Origin: Sneathiella sp.
GTDB taxonomy: Bacteria; Pseudomonadota; Alphaproteobacteria; Sneathiellales; Sneathiellaceae
Direction of reading: 5' to 3'
DNA length: 64,000 bases
Assembly (NCBI RefSeq): GCF_047631475.1
Contig: NZ_JBLHZT010000014.1
Span: 17,438 to 81,437, forward strand
Positions 20,101 through 29,845 of the stretch are shown here, piece by piece. The position numbers and the translations under genes are program-made. The notes below the pieces were generated by a model. That model was not told where the DNA came from. It searched no databases and saw nothing but the letters and a program-made list of their open reading frames with translations. Each line of letters opens with the position of its first letter. Positions within the stretch are counted from its first letter, which is position 1.

Positions 20101-20327
20101 AAGACCAGATCTTTATCTTCACTGTCCCATAATAACTGTAAGTCACTGAACCCAAATTCCATATCCGGATACTGACTGACCAGCAGCTGGTTGATATAGG
20201 GCGCTGCGAAAGAAAACGATACGGGCCCATAGCTTAATGCACCGACCAGCAGAAAGACCGCCAGCGCTAAAAGAACAAGCACGCTTAAAAAAGTTCGGGT
20301 AAGTATTTTTGCAGATGCTTTAATCAA
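17124..20327 (-). CDS. YhdP/AsmA-like (DUF3971, AsmA2 C-terminal) envelope protein
   Basis: N-terminal TM anchor, long beta-rich body, C-terminal IPSYTLNSILGNIPILGRLLVG...NPVSALAPGILRRMF. Confidence 0.8.
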   Translation of the reverse strand: MIKASAKILTRTFLSVLVLLALAVFLLVGALSYGPVSFSFAAPYINQLLVSQYPDMEFGFSDLQLLWDSEDKDLVFGVNNVSIKRDDEPIAQIPAVTVTFSGEALVKGRIAPSGLEFSGLKVLLTREESGAIRLGYSYDEERSNQAVSIDQQDQASLLVIHDLLNSLGTRKSSSDLTAYLERLEIYQSGLFIEDEKLNKLWRVTSANMVIWRTEEGLTGRLQGNAHIGDESINLIANAAYSRDRFTTVVNTRITDFPPAILAKEIPDLDILKGISLPVSGDINISFDPAFTPQQVGFKLETGEGQVDIPSLYTVPLNIQSVRAEGHTAAPFDAINLNSVIIEAKGRGPTITMSGSFVNDAENGLGMSIEGSLPKLYADDLPVYWPYSAAVDAYKWVTAKIKDGIVHNTTFRMDLPAGAMKKGVIPDGAIELKFSFEKASADYFAPLPKVTDVSGNVVLTEKQIHITDLSGKLLDMELPKGNVLIYDFEKKNQIADIRLQVKGQNKSIFAFLDRKPLELVTDYGIVPDKMQGEGVVDARFVFPLLDNLTLEKVVYEASGSFKDAYIPNVFQDINLGDGDLDVTVSTEEINVSGPAKLNGNPAQILFQAYLRGKKKGVRRYEVQAKLDETARKSLGADLDFIKGSAGASLGVDVQPSGKATGVVTLNLLETDISFDALHIHKPIGVTGLLGLQFATDGTGKTDLSNVRLSADQLELVGKGSFDQDGLSSFAVDRLIVGESDLALDVNRVAANKYALNVSGPVLDLRPFVLKEKVAETDVISEKIEDVADENALIWNSNIKIGTALLAGGVALKNLSGQLSAKNDVIQKGDITARFTDEFGISFALRENKNGRQFEFQSDHAGLLLRGLDVYDNARDGTLSVSGMINDTEENSRTTGVMSMKEVRIVKAPVLGKILTLGSLGGIVELLQNDGMTFTTVEGPFVFQDDVLSTKDFRAVGSIGITFTGSIDQNEKTIDGFGTVIPSYTLNSILGNIPILGRLLVGREGEGIFGFSYKVKGGSDNPDISVNPVSALAPGILRRMFFEPWGKDAEAPTVVTPEGQEIREDEGKP

Positions 20328-20419
20328 AACGTGTTATTCACAAATAGGGTTCACCAAGACGGGATAATGCTATCAACGCCATATTCCAAATACTATGACT
20401 GATTTCGAGCGTAAAGAAC

Positions 20420-23389
20420 ATGCCTGACACGGAAAAACTGAAACTCATTCAGGAATTTATGTCCCTTCCTAACCCGGGTAATGAAGAATATCTAAAAGTT
20501 GGAATGGACAATTGGTCGGACAAAATAAAAACCAATTCTAGTATTGAAGAGTTTGTCCGAAAATATGGCGAAATAAAGGCCGTTCAATCATTGTTGGCTG
20601 CAATTTTTGGAAACAGCCCCTATTTGTCCCATTGCCTGCTCTCGGATCCTCAATTTTTCATCGAAATCCTGACGGATGGGCCGGACGACACACTTGATCG
20701 GTTTTACGATAAACTTGAAGAAACCCTGTCTCCGACAAGCAGCATGGAACAGGTCATGTCAATCTTGCGCAACGCGAAAAAACAAATCGCATTGCTGACC
20801 GCCATTACTGACATTTCATCTGTTTGGCCGTTGGAGAAAATCACCAGAACACTCGCAGATTTTGCCAGCTATGCGGTAGATGCCTGCTTTTCCCAACAAT
20901 TACGCAACGCCCATGATAAAGGCGATCTCCTTCTGCCCCATCCAGAAACCCCCTGTCTGGGATCCGGCCTGATCGTCCTGGGCATGGGAAAACTCGGTGC
21001 CTGGGAACTGAACTATTCAAGCGATATCGACCTGATCGTTCTGTTTGACAGTGATTTGCTGAACTATACGGGCCGAAAGTCCTTAGGCGACTGCATGGTC
21101 CGCATGGCCCGCAACCTCATCAAAATGATGCAGGAACGCACAGCCGATGGATATGTCTTTAGAACGGATCTGCGCCTGCGCCCCGATCCGGGCGCGACAC
21201 CGATTGCCCTGTCCCTTGCCGCCGCACATACTTATTACGAAAGTCAGGGGCAGAATTGGGAACGGGCCGCCATGATCAAGGCCAGACCTATTGCCGGTGA
21301 TATCCATGCGGGTGAAGAATTTATCGAGTTTTTAAAACCCTTTGTTTGGCGCAAATTTCTGGATTTTGCTGCCATCGCCGACATTCAGGCGATCAAGTCA
21401 CAGATCCATGCTCATAAAGGCTTCGCAGACATATCACTGGATGGCCATAATATTAAAATCGGCCGAGGCGGCATTCGGGAGATCGAGTTCTTTTGTCAGA
21501 CTCAACAGCTGATTGAAGGGGGTAGAAACCCCGCCCTTCGTTCGCCGTCAACAATGGTAACACTCCAGGATCTTACAGATGCCGGGAAAATAACCGGCAC
21601 CATTAAAGAAGATCTTCAAAATGCCTATGTCTTTTTAAGGACGCTGGAACATCGCCTGCAGATGATCCATGACGAACAAACGCAATTACTACCCGCTGAC
21701 TCAAAAAGCCTGAACAAACTGGGTGTTTTCATGGGATATGATAATCCCGATGAATTTCGAGACATGTTGAAGACAACGTTGCAAACCGTCAAATCCCATT
21801 ACGACAATCTGTTTAAATTTGAAGAAGGTACTGACGGGCCAAGCTTGCGACTCGTTTTTACCGGATCAGACGACGACCCGGAAACATTGGCCTCGCTAAA
21901 CAGTCTTGGATATGAAGAACCGCAAAGAGTTAATCAGCTCATCCGCGAATGGCATCACGGCCGCTACCGCTGCACCAGAACAGTGCGGGCGCAACAGTTA
22001 CTGACAAAACTGGTGCCGACCATTCTGGATGATTTAGCCGACAACGCCAATCCAGATGCCGCATTTCTACGATTTGATTCATTCCTGAAGAAACTGCCAT
22101 CGGGCGTACAGCTTTTTTCCCTGTTCAGTGCCCATCCAAGCCTGCTGAAACTCGTCGCCAAGATCATGGGAATGGCGCCAGACCTGGCGGACCGGCTGGC
22201 CCATAATCCATTGCTGTTAGATGGGGTAATATCCTCTGATTTCATGGACCCGATCCCGGACAAATATGATTTACAGCAAGATCTGGAATTAATGCTGTCG
22301 ACAGCCCGGGATTTTCAGGACATCCTGGACTTTTCTCGGCGGTGGCTCAATGATCTGAAATTCCGGGTGGGTGTGCAGATCCTTCATAATATCGAACATG
22401 GCAGTAATCTTGGCGCAACGGTTGCCGCAGGCGCCGCGCTCACACGCCTTGCCGAAGTGGTCCTTGCAAGTCTGTTGCCGCGTGTCGAACAGGAGCTGGA
22501 ATTAAAACACGGAACCGTCCCAAATGGGAGTTTTGCAGTCATAGCGGCAGGGAAGCTCGGTAGCAGGGAAATGACCCCGCGCTCTGACGCGGACTTGATC
22601 TTTGTATTTGATGCGCCCGGCGAAACAACAATGACAGATGGCAAGAAGCCAATTCCCGCTGGTTTATTCTACACCCGGTTAAGCCAGCGATTAATCAACA
22701 GTTTAAGTGCGCTCACTGGCGAAGGAGTGCTCTACGAGGTCGATATGCGCCTGCGCCCCCACGGGAAGTCTGGCCCCCTCGCCCTCAGCCTCGAAGGGTT
22801 CGAGAAATATTATGAACAGGATGCCTGGACCTGGGAGCATTTAGCCTTAACCCGCGCTCGAGCTGTTGCTGGGGATTGGGAGTGTATTGAAAAAGCGGAT
22901 GCCGCTTTAATGAAAATACTATCGTCGCCGCGCGACCCTGTGCAGATTTCACACGATGTGAAAACAATGCAGGACAGACTTCATAAAGAGCATTCGAACA
23001 AACCGGTCTGGGCTCTAAAACACCATCCTGGAGGTATTATGGATCTGGAATTCATTTGCCAGTTCCTGAAACTCGTGCATGGACATAACCACCCGGAAGT
23101 ACTTTCACCCAATACAATGGAGAGTATCGAGGCGTTTAGGAACGCCAAAATCCTGAACCAAGAAGATGCTCAAACTCTGAGCGATACCATGAAGTTTTAC
23201 CTTAACCTTCAGGGTCTAATCCGCCTTTCCCTAAAAGATCGGATTGTAACAGACGCAATACCCAGTCCCTTGAAAACAGCGCTGGCGACAGCCGTCAATT
23301 GCCATGATTTTAAAGACTTATGTGAAACGGTAGTGGAAAAACAGGTGTCGATCACAGCCCTGTTCTCGAGACTACTAAAATCACAGTAG
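20420..23389 (+). CDS. glnE: Bifunctional glutamine synthetase adenylyltransferase/deadenylase
   Basis: Two NTase domains: GMGKLGAWELNYSSDIDL and AAGKLGSREMTPRSDADL. DLRLRP and DMRLRP. Confidence 0.95.
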   Translation: MPDTEKLKLIQEFMSLPNPGNEEYLKVGMDNWSDKIKTNSSIEEFVRKYGEIKAVQSLLAAIFGNSPYLSHCLLSDPQFFIEILTDGPDDTLDRFYDKLEETLSPTSSMEQVMSILRNAKKQIALLTAITDISSVWPLEKITRTLADFASYAVDACFSQQLRNAHDKGDLLLPHPETPCLGSGLIVLGMGKLGAWELNYSSDIDLIVLFDSDLLNYTGRKSLGDCMVRMARNLIKMMQERTADGYVFRTDLRLRPDPGATPIALSLAAAHTYYESQGQNWERAAMIKARPIAGDIHAGEEFIEFLKPFVWRKFLDFAAIADIQAIKSQIHAHKGFADISLDGHNIKIGRGGIREIEFFCQTQQLIEGGRNPALRSPSTMVTLQDLTDAGKITGTIKEDLQNAYVFLRTLEHRLQMIHDEQTQLLPADSKSLNKLGVFMGYDNPDEFRDMLKTTLQTVKSHYDNLFKFEEGTDGPSLRLVFTGSDDDPETLASLNSLGYEEPQRVNQLIREWHHGRYRCTRTVRAQQLLTKLVPTILDDLADNANPDAAFLRFDSFLKKLPSGVQLFSLFSAHPSLLKLVAKIMGMAPDLADRLAHNPLLLDGVISSDFMDPIPDKYDLQQDLELMLSTARDFQDILDFSRRWLNDLKFRVGVQILHNIEHGSNLGATVAAGAALTRLAEVVLASLLPRVEQELELKHGTVPNGSFAVIAAGKLGSREMTPRSDADLIFVFDAPGETTMTDGKKPIPAGLFYTRLSQRLINSLSALTGEGVLYEVDMRLRPHGKSGPLALSLEGFEKYYEQDAWTWEHLALTRARAVAGDWECIEKADAALMKILSSPRDPVQISHDVKTMQDRLHKEHSNKPVWALKHHPGGIMDLEFICQFLKLVHGHNHPEVLSPNTMESIEAFRNAKILNQEDAQTLSDTMKFYLNLQGLIRLSLKDRIVTDAIPSPLKTALATAVNCHDFKDLCETVVEKQVSITALFSRLLKSQ

Positions 23390-23649
23390 GAAAATCTGAC
23401 TTTACCCCACTAAAAATCTGCAAAATCTCCTAATGGTAGTATTGCTTATAAATATATAATTTTATTTGATGTTTCTTTTAGAAGGAAAAGAACAAAAACC
23501 AAAGTCCAAAAGATTCCGGAATGTTGATTTCTTTCCTAGACTTGCCAAACAACTCCACATTAAACGTGTATTACTGGTTGAAACCTGCCAGTAAAAAGAG
23601 ATTTCTCTCTGTTACCAAGAATTATGTAAAATTTAAAGGTTTTCTTAAT

Positions 23650-23680
23650 TTCTAATAGTCTAAATAGACTAATATTAGAA
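23650..23680. promoter_or_regulatory. AT-rich interrupted palindrome upstream of the MCP gene
   Basis: TTCTAAT-AGTCTA-AA-TAGACT-AAT-ATTAGAA. Confidence 0.35.
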
Positions 23681-23703
23681 TGTATTAAATTGGGTGAACC
23701 GCT

Positions 23704-25746
23704 GTGTTTAAAAATCTTTCACTTAGAAATCAATTGTTTCTGCCATTGATAATTACCTTGGCTGGTCTTATTGCTATTGGCTCCATCTTCTTCATTGGAA
23801 CAAGCAAGAATGTTGAAAATCAACAAGACTATCTGGGCGTTCAAGAAAACCTCAGCCTGACAAAGGATTTGGGTCGGCAAATGTTAGAGGCCCGCACAGA
23901 AGAGAAAAATTTCATCCTGCATAAGGACTTAAAGGATGCAGAGGTTCACACTCAAACCATAAGCAATATCAAGGCAATATTGGGAACTCTCGAAACGCGC
24001 CTGTCTGATACGGACAATGCAAATCAGATTTCCGGTATCAAGCACAATATTGAAACTTACGATAAGGCTTTTAATGAAACGGTCTCGACGTTCCAACGGG
24101 TTGGCTTGGATGAAAAAAGCGGACTTCAAGGAGAAGCGAGAAACGCAGTTCGGAGCATCGAAGATTTGCTGAAAGAATCCAATAGCGAAACTCTAACCGT
24201 GACAATGCTGATGATGCGCCGTCATGAAAAAGACTTCCTTCTTCGTTTTGATCCCAAATATGTCGGCCGCATTGCAACGCGATTTGAAGAATTCCAGGCA
24301 CAACTGGCTGCAACGTCATTTTCGGCTGATGAGAAACAGAAACTCATTGATGCGATGTCCACCTACAAACAAAAATTTGATACAATGGCAGCTGGCTGGA
24401 TAACATTGCGCGAACAGATCTCAAATCTTGAAGGGATCTCTGACAACACTCAAGAGAGCGTCAAGGCTCTAGAAGCCTCTCTCAATGAATATGCAGCTCT
24501 AAAACGCCTTGAAACACAATCGACAGCAGAGACCATCACTTATGCCCTTTTTGGTGCAATCGGGATCGCCGGACTTCTAATGGTGATTGTCACCGGATTA
24601 ATTGCGCAAGGCCTTCGGTCCCTGCTGTCAGCTGTCGGTGGTACCATGAAAACGATTTCAGGAGGGGATCTGGAAACCGAAGTATTTGGGTTAAACCGAG
24701 AAGACGAAATCGGGAACATGGCCAAAGCTTTGGAGGTTTTCCGCAATAACGCCGTGGAGAATATTCGCCTGACCGAAGCCAACGAGAAAGCGAAACTGGA
24801 ACAGCAGCGGGCTGAAGAAAAACAGCGTGAGCGTGAAGCTGAACAACAAAAAGAGGAAGCTGAAAAACAAGAGCGAGCCTTAAAACAGCAGACCGAAAAA
24901 ACCAGCCGGATGAACGATATCATTCAGAATTTCGATGCAAAAGTGTCGAAAGCAATGGAAACACTGATTTCGTCCTCTTCTCAGATGAAAAATGCGTCCT
25001 CTGAAATGAAACGTCAGTCTGAAGAAAGCGGCAGCCTTGCCGAGACTGTGAATAGCCGTTCAAACATGATGAGCGGAAACGTGAATTCTGTAGCGTCTGC
25101 AACAGAAGAGTTAAGCGCATCTATTCTGGAAATCAGCCGACAGATTCAGAAATCGAATACTGTAACGAAACAGGCAGTCGACGACACACATCGCGGTACC
25201 AACTATGCCAAGGACCTGTCCGAAGCAGGACAGAAAATTGAAACCGTTGTTGATCTTATTCAGGATATCGCCAACCAGACCAACCTGCTGGCCTTGAACG
25301 CAACGATTGAGGCGGCAAGAGCAGGTGAAGCCGGTAAAGGATTTGCCGTTGTTGCCAGCGAGGTTAAATCCCTTGCGACACAGACCTCAAAAGCAACAGA
25401 GGAAATCAGCGGTCAGATCCACGAAATGCAGAACGCAACAAATCTGGTCGTAGCTGTGTTAGGTGAAATCAGTGAGATTGTGGATAGCGTGAGCAATATT
25501 TCCACAGAGATTTCGGCCGCCATGGAAGAACAGTCTGCCGCAACGAACGAGATTTCCGGTAGCGTTCAACAGGCTGCAGATGCGGCGCAGAATGTTGCCA
25601 GCAGCGTAAGTACCATCAAGAACAACGCCACTGATACCCGTGAAATCTCAGTATCGGTCGAACAAACAGCGGCAAATCTTGAAGATGTGACAACAGAATT
25701 CCAGGGAGAAATTGATAACTTCCTGAAAGATGTTCGCGCCGTCTAA
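23704..25746 (+). CDS. Methyl-accepting chemotaxis protein (2 TM, large helical periplasmic sensor, HAMP, MA domain)
   Basis: TM1 near the N-terminus, TM2 [66 protein letters not shown]. Confidence 0.97.
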   Translation: MFKNLSLRNQLFLPLIITLAGLIAIGSIFFIGTSKNVENQQDYLGVQENLSLTKDLGRQMLEARTEEKNFILHKDLKDAEVHTQTISNIKAILGTLETRLSDTDNANQISGIKHNIETYDKAFNETVSTFQRVGLDEKSGLQGEARNAVRSIEDLLKESNSETLTVTMLMMRRHEKDFLLRFDPKYVGRIATRFEEFQAQLAATSFSADEKQKLIDAMSTYKQKFDTMAAGWITLREQISNLEGISDNTQESVKALEASLNEYAALKRLETQSTAETITYALFGAIGIAGLLMVIVTGLIAQGLRSLLSAVGGTMKTISGGDLETEVFGLNREDEIGNMAKALEVFRNNAVENIRLTEANEKAKLEQQRAEEKQREREAEQQKEEAEKQERALKQQTEKTSRMNDIIQNFDAKVSKAMETLISSSSQMKNASSEMKRQSEESGSLAETVNSRSNMMSGNVNSVASATEELSASILEISRQIQKSNTVTKQAVDDTHRGTNYAKDLSEAGQKIETVVDLIQDIANQTNLLALNATIEAARAGEAGKGFAVVASEVKSLATQTSKATEEISGQIHEMQNATNLVVAVLGEISEIVDSVSNISTEISAAMEEQSAATNEISGSVQQAADAAQNVASSVSTIKNNATDTREISVSVEQTAANLEDVTTEFQGEIDNFLKDVRAV

Positions 25747-25763
25747 AACGCGCGCCCCTAATC

Positions 25764-25797
25764 AAAAAGCCCGCCTGGTACAGAGCGGGCTTTTTTT
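25764..25797 (+). terminator. Intrinsic terminator after the MCP gene
   Basis: AAAAAGCCCGC-loop-GCGGGCTTTTTTT. Confidence 0.85.
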
Positions 25798-25902
25798 GTT
25801 TATTTTGCCATCCGTTTCCAAACCATGATACGGGTGCCCTTGTATATGCAGCGTGTCACTGCTAAGTGAGAAACAGCACACCGTTCAAATGATGAGGCAA
25901 GA

Positions 25903-26364
25903 ATGACAGAAGAAGGTACACCGGTCCCCCAATTCAGTATGCCAACCGATACTGAAGGCACTCTTTCATCAGAAGCGCTGAAAGGACAAAAATATGTTTT
26001 GTACTTTTATCCCAAGGATGACACACCGGGCTGCACAACAGAAGCAAAAGGCTTTACCGAACTCGCTGAAGAATTCTCCGCTCTGGATGTAAAAATCATC
26101 GGCGTCTCTAAAGATCCTATTGCAAAGCACGAGAAATTCCGCGCCAAACATGACCTATCGGTTGTTCTGGCAAGCGATGAAGACGGTGAAACCTGCGACG
26201 CCTTTGGGGTTTGGGTCGAAAAGAATATGTATGGCCGAAAATATATGGGTATTGAACGGGCTACCTTTCTTATTAGCGCCGAAGGAACCGTTCAAAAAAT
26301 CTGGCGTAAAGTTAAAGTCAAAGGACATGTCGAGGCTGTGCTGGACGCCGCAAAAGAACTTTAA
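25903..26364 (+). CDS. bcp: Peroxiredoxin Bcp/PrxQ
   Basis: FYPKDDTPGCTTEA. Confidence 0.95.
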   Translation: MTEEGTPVPQFSMPTDTEGTLSSEALKGQKYVLYFYPKDDTPGCTTEAKGFTELAEEFSALDVKIIGVSKDPIAKHEKFRAKHDLSVVLASDEDGETCDAFGVWVEKNMYGRKYMGIERATFLISAEGTVQKIWRKVKVKGHVEAVLDAAKEL

Positions 26365-26366
26365 GT

Positions 26367-27188
26367 TTGCCGATCATGACAACATTATGTGATCTGGCAC
26401 TAGAGGTTCTAAAAACCGCTGATGCAGCTAAGAAAGCAGGGTTAAGCCGCCGGGCGGCAGAAGCTTGGCGTGCTAACCCACAAATGCCGATTGGTGAACC
26501 TTCCGCCATCCCCGACCGTCCAGCAAGACCTGCCCGGCCCGTGCTTATCTCCCCAACAGAAATGCCCCGACGCCGCGGGCAATCCGCAGAAGCAAGGGCG
26601 ACCCTACTGCACGCCGTTTTGCATATTGAATTAAACGCCATTGATCTTGCGTGGGATATGATTGCCCGTTTTACCGGGGAGAAGTTCCCGCGAGCCTTTT
26701 ATGACGATTGGGTGCGTGTCGCGGACGAAGAAGGGAAGCATTTCGGCCTTTTGTCCGATCGTGTTGAACAACTTGGTTACTGCTACGGTGATTTTCCCGC
26801 CCATGATGGGTTGTGGGAAGCCGCATTCACCACCCGGAACGATGTCTCTGCCAGACTTGCGGTTGTCCCCATGGTTCTGGAAGCCAGAGGCCTCGATGTA
26901 ACACCGGGCATGATTAAGCGATTCGCCAAAATAGGCGATATGGAAAGTGCCGATATCCTCCAAATTATCCTGGAAGAAGAGATCGGCCATGTGGCGACAG
27001 GCAACAGGTGGTTTCAATTTATGTGTCGCAAAACTAATTTAGATCCGAAAGAATACTGGCAGGAAACAGTTCGAAAGAACTTCAAAGGCCTTTTAAAACC
27101 ACCATTTAATGAGGAAGCACGGCAACAGGCCGACATGCCGTCAGAGTACTATATTCCACTTTCCTTCAAAGAAAACATCAAGACATGA
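26367..27188 (+). CDS. Ferritin-like DUF455 protein
   Basis: HAVLHIELNAIDLAWD, DEEGKHF, AHDGLW, LEARGLDVTP, EEIGHV. Confidence 0.9.
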   Translation: MPIMTTLCDLALEVLKTADAAKKAGLSRRAAEAWRANPQMPIGEPSAIPDRPARPARPVLISPTEMPRRRGQSAEARATLLHAVLHIELNAIDLAWDMIARFTGEKFPRAFYDDWVRVADEEGKHFGLLSDRVEQLGYCYGDFPAHDGLWEAAFTTRNDVSARLAVVPMVLEARGLDVTPGMIKRFAKIGDMESADILQIILEEEIGHVATGNRWFQFMCRKTNLDPKEYWQETVRKNFKGLLKPPFNEEARQQADMPSEYYIPLSFKENIKT

Positions 27189-27304
27189 CATCTCCCCTCT
27201 TATTCATTAATCCGACGGGGAAGAGTTGAATTTTTTCTAAAAATCAGTTTAATAGGCGCGGGCTTGGCAAGGGGATTATGCCAGACAATTCTATGGGGAA
27301 TTTC

Positions 27305-28759
27305 ATGAAGTTTAGACCTGTGATAAGCAGGATTTTTGTTGAACGTCAAATCATCATCAGTTCTCAAGGTCACTTGAAGCATTTCAAGATCAGTAGCCGG
27401 GCACAAATGTCTGCGGCTCTCTTGGGTTTTTCTTCGTTGGCACTGGTTGCCGGGCTGGTCGTCAGCCATACTCAACAAAGCAACCAACTTGCTTTTCAAA
27501 GTAATCAGCTGGATTTATTGCAGGAAAAAGTCCGCACTGTTTCTTCCAATTTATTGCTGTCTCGATCCAACCTACAGCTCACTAAAACCGAACTGGATCA
27601 ACAATATGCCCGTTTAGAAGAAATTCTGACGGAACGTCAAACGCTTGAAAGCACCCTTCAGACAGCGGCCGCCAACCTGAAACAAACGGCTCATGACCTT
27701 GATAGCCGGGATCAATATGCGCGCGATCTGGAGAACCGGATCAGTCTGTTGACTGACAAGCTGAAAATGACGAATGAGCGCAGCGAAAATCTGTCTCTGG
27801 AAATCACAAAGATGAACAAGGCGCTCTACCATACCACGGAAGAGCGCGACCAGTTTGCCGAAGCCAAACTGATTGCTCAGAAGAAGCTGTCTTCCCTTAA
27901 CCGGGAACTCCAGATGTTTCAATCAAGCAAGGACGAAATTTACAATCGCCTTCAATCAACGAAAAAACGGTTAAATGCGTTTGAAGAAAGCCAGCGGCAA
28001 AAAGAAGCGGCCGAACGCAAACTTAAATCGCAAATTGCCAGCCTTGAATCCCGCCTGCATACAATTTCCACTGAAAACAAGGAATTGATCGCCCGTGTTC
28101 ATGAACAGGCTGTGCAGGGAATTGATGCCCTGAAAGAAACCATTACCCTAACAGGGCTTGATCCGGACGATATCCTGTCATTGGATAATATTGAAGGAAA
28201 AGGCGGCCCCTACTACGGCCTGTCTGGCGCAAAGAACGCTTTGAAAGCCGAACAGGACTATTATGACAATGCGCAGAAGATGGAACTGAGCTTGGCCAAA
28301 TGGACCTCTTTGAACTCCATCATGAAAAATATTCCTTTAAGCCGCCCAACTGATGTTGGATTTGTATCATCAAGTTTCGGCATGCGTCGGGATCCTATTC
28401 GCAAGAAACGGGCCTTCCATGCGGGTATGGATATCAGCGGCCCAAAAAACACACCTATCTATTCAACAGCGCCGGGCGTGGTCAGTAAGGCTGGCCGGGA
28501 TGGTGCCTATGGCTTGATGGTCGAGATCGATCATGGACAGGGCTTTAAAACCCGCTACGGACATTTGAAAAAAATATATGTTAAACGTGGTGAACAGATA
28601 GAGTTCAAAACAAAAATTGGTAAAATGGGGTCAACCGGCAGAAGCACAGGCCGCCACGTCCATTACGAAATTCGATATAACGGTAAACCACAGGATCCGG
28701 CGAAGTTTTTTAAAGCAGGAAACTATGCCTTCCAGTCAGCCCCGAAAGAAACCGAATAG
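27305..28759 (+). CDS. Membrane-anchored coiled-coil M23 endopeptidase (LmdC-like)
   Basis: N-terminal FVERQIII motif, TM, long coiled coil, M23 Zn motifs HAGMD and HVHYE. Confidence 0.85.
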   Translation: MKFRPVISRIFVERQIIISSQGHLKHFKISSRAQMSAALLGFSSLALVAGLVVSHTQQSNQLAFQSNQLDLLQEKVRTVSSNLLLSRSNLQLTKTELDQQYARLEEILTERQTLESTLQTAAANLKQTAHDLDSRDQYARDLENRISLLTDKLKMTNERSENLSLEITKMNKALYHTTEERDQFAEAKLIAQKKLSSLNRELQMFQSSKDEIYNRLQSTKKRLNAFEESQRQKEAAERKLKSQIASLESRLHTISTENKELIARVHEQAVQGIDALKETITLTGLDPDDILSLDNIEGKGGPYYGLSGAKNALKAEQDYYDNAQKMELSLAKWTSLNSIMKNIPLSRPTDVGFVSSSFGMRRDPIRKKRAFHAGMDISGPKNTPIYSTAPGVVSKAGRDGAYGLMVEIDHGQGFKTRYGHLKKIYVKRGEQIEFKTKIGKMGSTGRSTGRHVHYEIRYNGKPQDPAKFFKAGNYAFQSAPKETE

Positions 28760-28782
28760 TCCATTCTTAAAGGAATACCCGA

Positions 28783-29205
28783 ATGTTTTCAGGAACCGGT
28801 GATAAAAAAGGTAAAAGTAATGTGCCACAGGATGGGATGCCATCCATTATCGCGAAAGGTCTTGTGATTGAGGGAAACCTGAATTGCGATGGTGAATTGC
28901 AGGTCGATGGCATTGTCACAGGCGATATTTCAGCGGAAACCCTTTGCATTGGGGAAACCGCTCATGTGACAGGTGAAATCGATGCGGGTGAGATATTAAT
29001 ACGCGGAAAGGTCGATGGCGGCATCAAGGGCAACAGTGTAACAATTTCCAGCTCAGCCAGTGTTCGGGGCGATGTTATTAATTCATCTTTGAGCATCGAA
29101 CCCGGCGCCAAAATCGATGGTCACTGCAAGCATAGTGATAACCCGCGCGAAGCGGCAGAACCGATTGCCTTATTCTCTGAAGCTGAAAAAACGATCAGCG
29201 AATAA
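28783..29205 (+). CDS. Bactofilin (polymer-forming cytoskeletal protein)
   Basis: MFS N-terminus, PSIIAKGLVIEGNL, beta-helical repeats, LSIEPGAKIDG. Confidence 0.93.
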   Translation: MFSGTGDKKGKSNVPQDGMPSIIAKGLVIEGNLNCDGELQVDGIVTGDISAETLCIGETAHVTGEIDAGEILIRGKVDGGIKGNSVTISSSASVRGDVINSSLSIEPGAKIDGHCKHSDNPREAAEPIALFSEAEKTISE

Positions 29206-29222
29206 CAGATCCATAGAACCAT

Positions 29223-29254
29223 AAAAAAAGGCCCCGAGAACCGGGGCCTTTTTT
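29223..29254. terminator. Bidirectional intrinsic terminator
   Basis: AAAAAAAGGCCCCG-AGAAC-CGGGGCCTTTTTT between convergent bactofilin and ndk. Confidence 0.9.
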
Positions 29255-29273
29255 ATTCGGATTGATGTCCGTA

Positions 29274-29696
29274 TTAGCCAACGATTTCAGCGCCAGCAAA
29301 GAAATACGCGATTTCGATAGCAGCATTTTCTGCGCTGTCTGAACCATGTACAGAGTTTGCTTCGATGCTTTCTGCAAACTCTTTACGGATTGTACCTTCT
29401 GCAGCGTCAGCTGGGTTTGTTGCACCCATAACTTCGCGGTTTTTAGCAATCGCGTTTTCACCTTCCAGAACCTGCACAACAACAGGACCGGAAATCATGA
29501 AATCAACAAGTTCGCCGAAGAAAGGGCGTTCTTTATGAACTGCATAAAAAGTTTCTGCATTTTCGCGGGTCATCTGAATACGCTTCTGCGCGACGATGCG
29601 CAGGCCAGCTTCTTCCAGCTTGGCACAAACAGCACCTGTCAGGTTACGGCGGGTTGCATCTGGTTTTACGATAGAAAATGTACGTTCAATAGCCAT
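29274..29696 (-). CDS. ndk: Nucleoside diphosphate kinase
   Basis: [24 protein letters not shown]. Confidence 0.98.
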   Translation of the reverse strand: MAIERTFSIVKPDATRRNLTGAVCAKLEEAGLRIVAQKRIQMTRENAETFYAVHKERPFFGELVDFMISGPVVVQVLEGENAIAKNREVMGATNPADAAEGTIRKEFAESIEANSVHGSDSAENAAIEIAYFFAGAEIVG

Positions 29697-29740
29697 TGTG
29701 ATCACTCTGGTTATGTTGGGAAAAATTCGTTATTGCGCGC

Positions 29741-29769
29741 CTTATAGCGGGACTAGCCGCGCCCTGCAA
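29741..29769 (-). promoter_or_regulatory. Candidate sigma70 promoter of ndk
   Basis: TTGCAG-N17-TATAAG on the minus strand. Confidence 0.55.
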
Positions 29770-29845
29770 CTGATTTACGGTTTTTTTCACTAATAGGCGG
29801 CTATTTTCCTGTTCTGATCCTATAAAGCCTGATAGATACCCTCCC

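Noticed and set aside
20334-20342. Single DnaA box TTATTCACA upstream of the AsmA-like gene and glnE
   Set aside because: An isolated match. Several are expected by chance in 64 kb.
23633-23648. CtrA site upstream of the MCP gene
   Set aside because: TTAA-N8-TTAA. The canonical spacing is N7.
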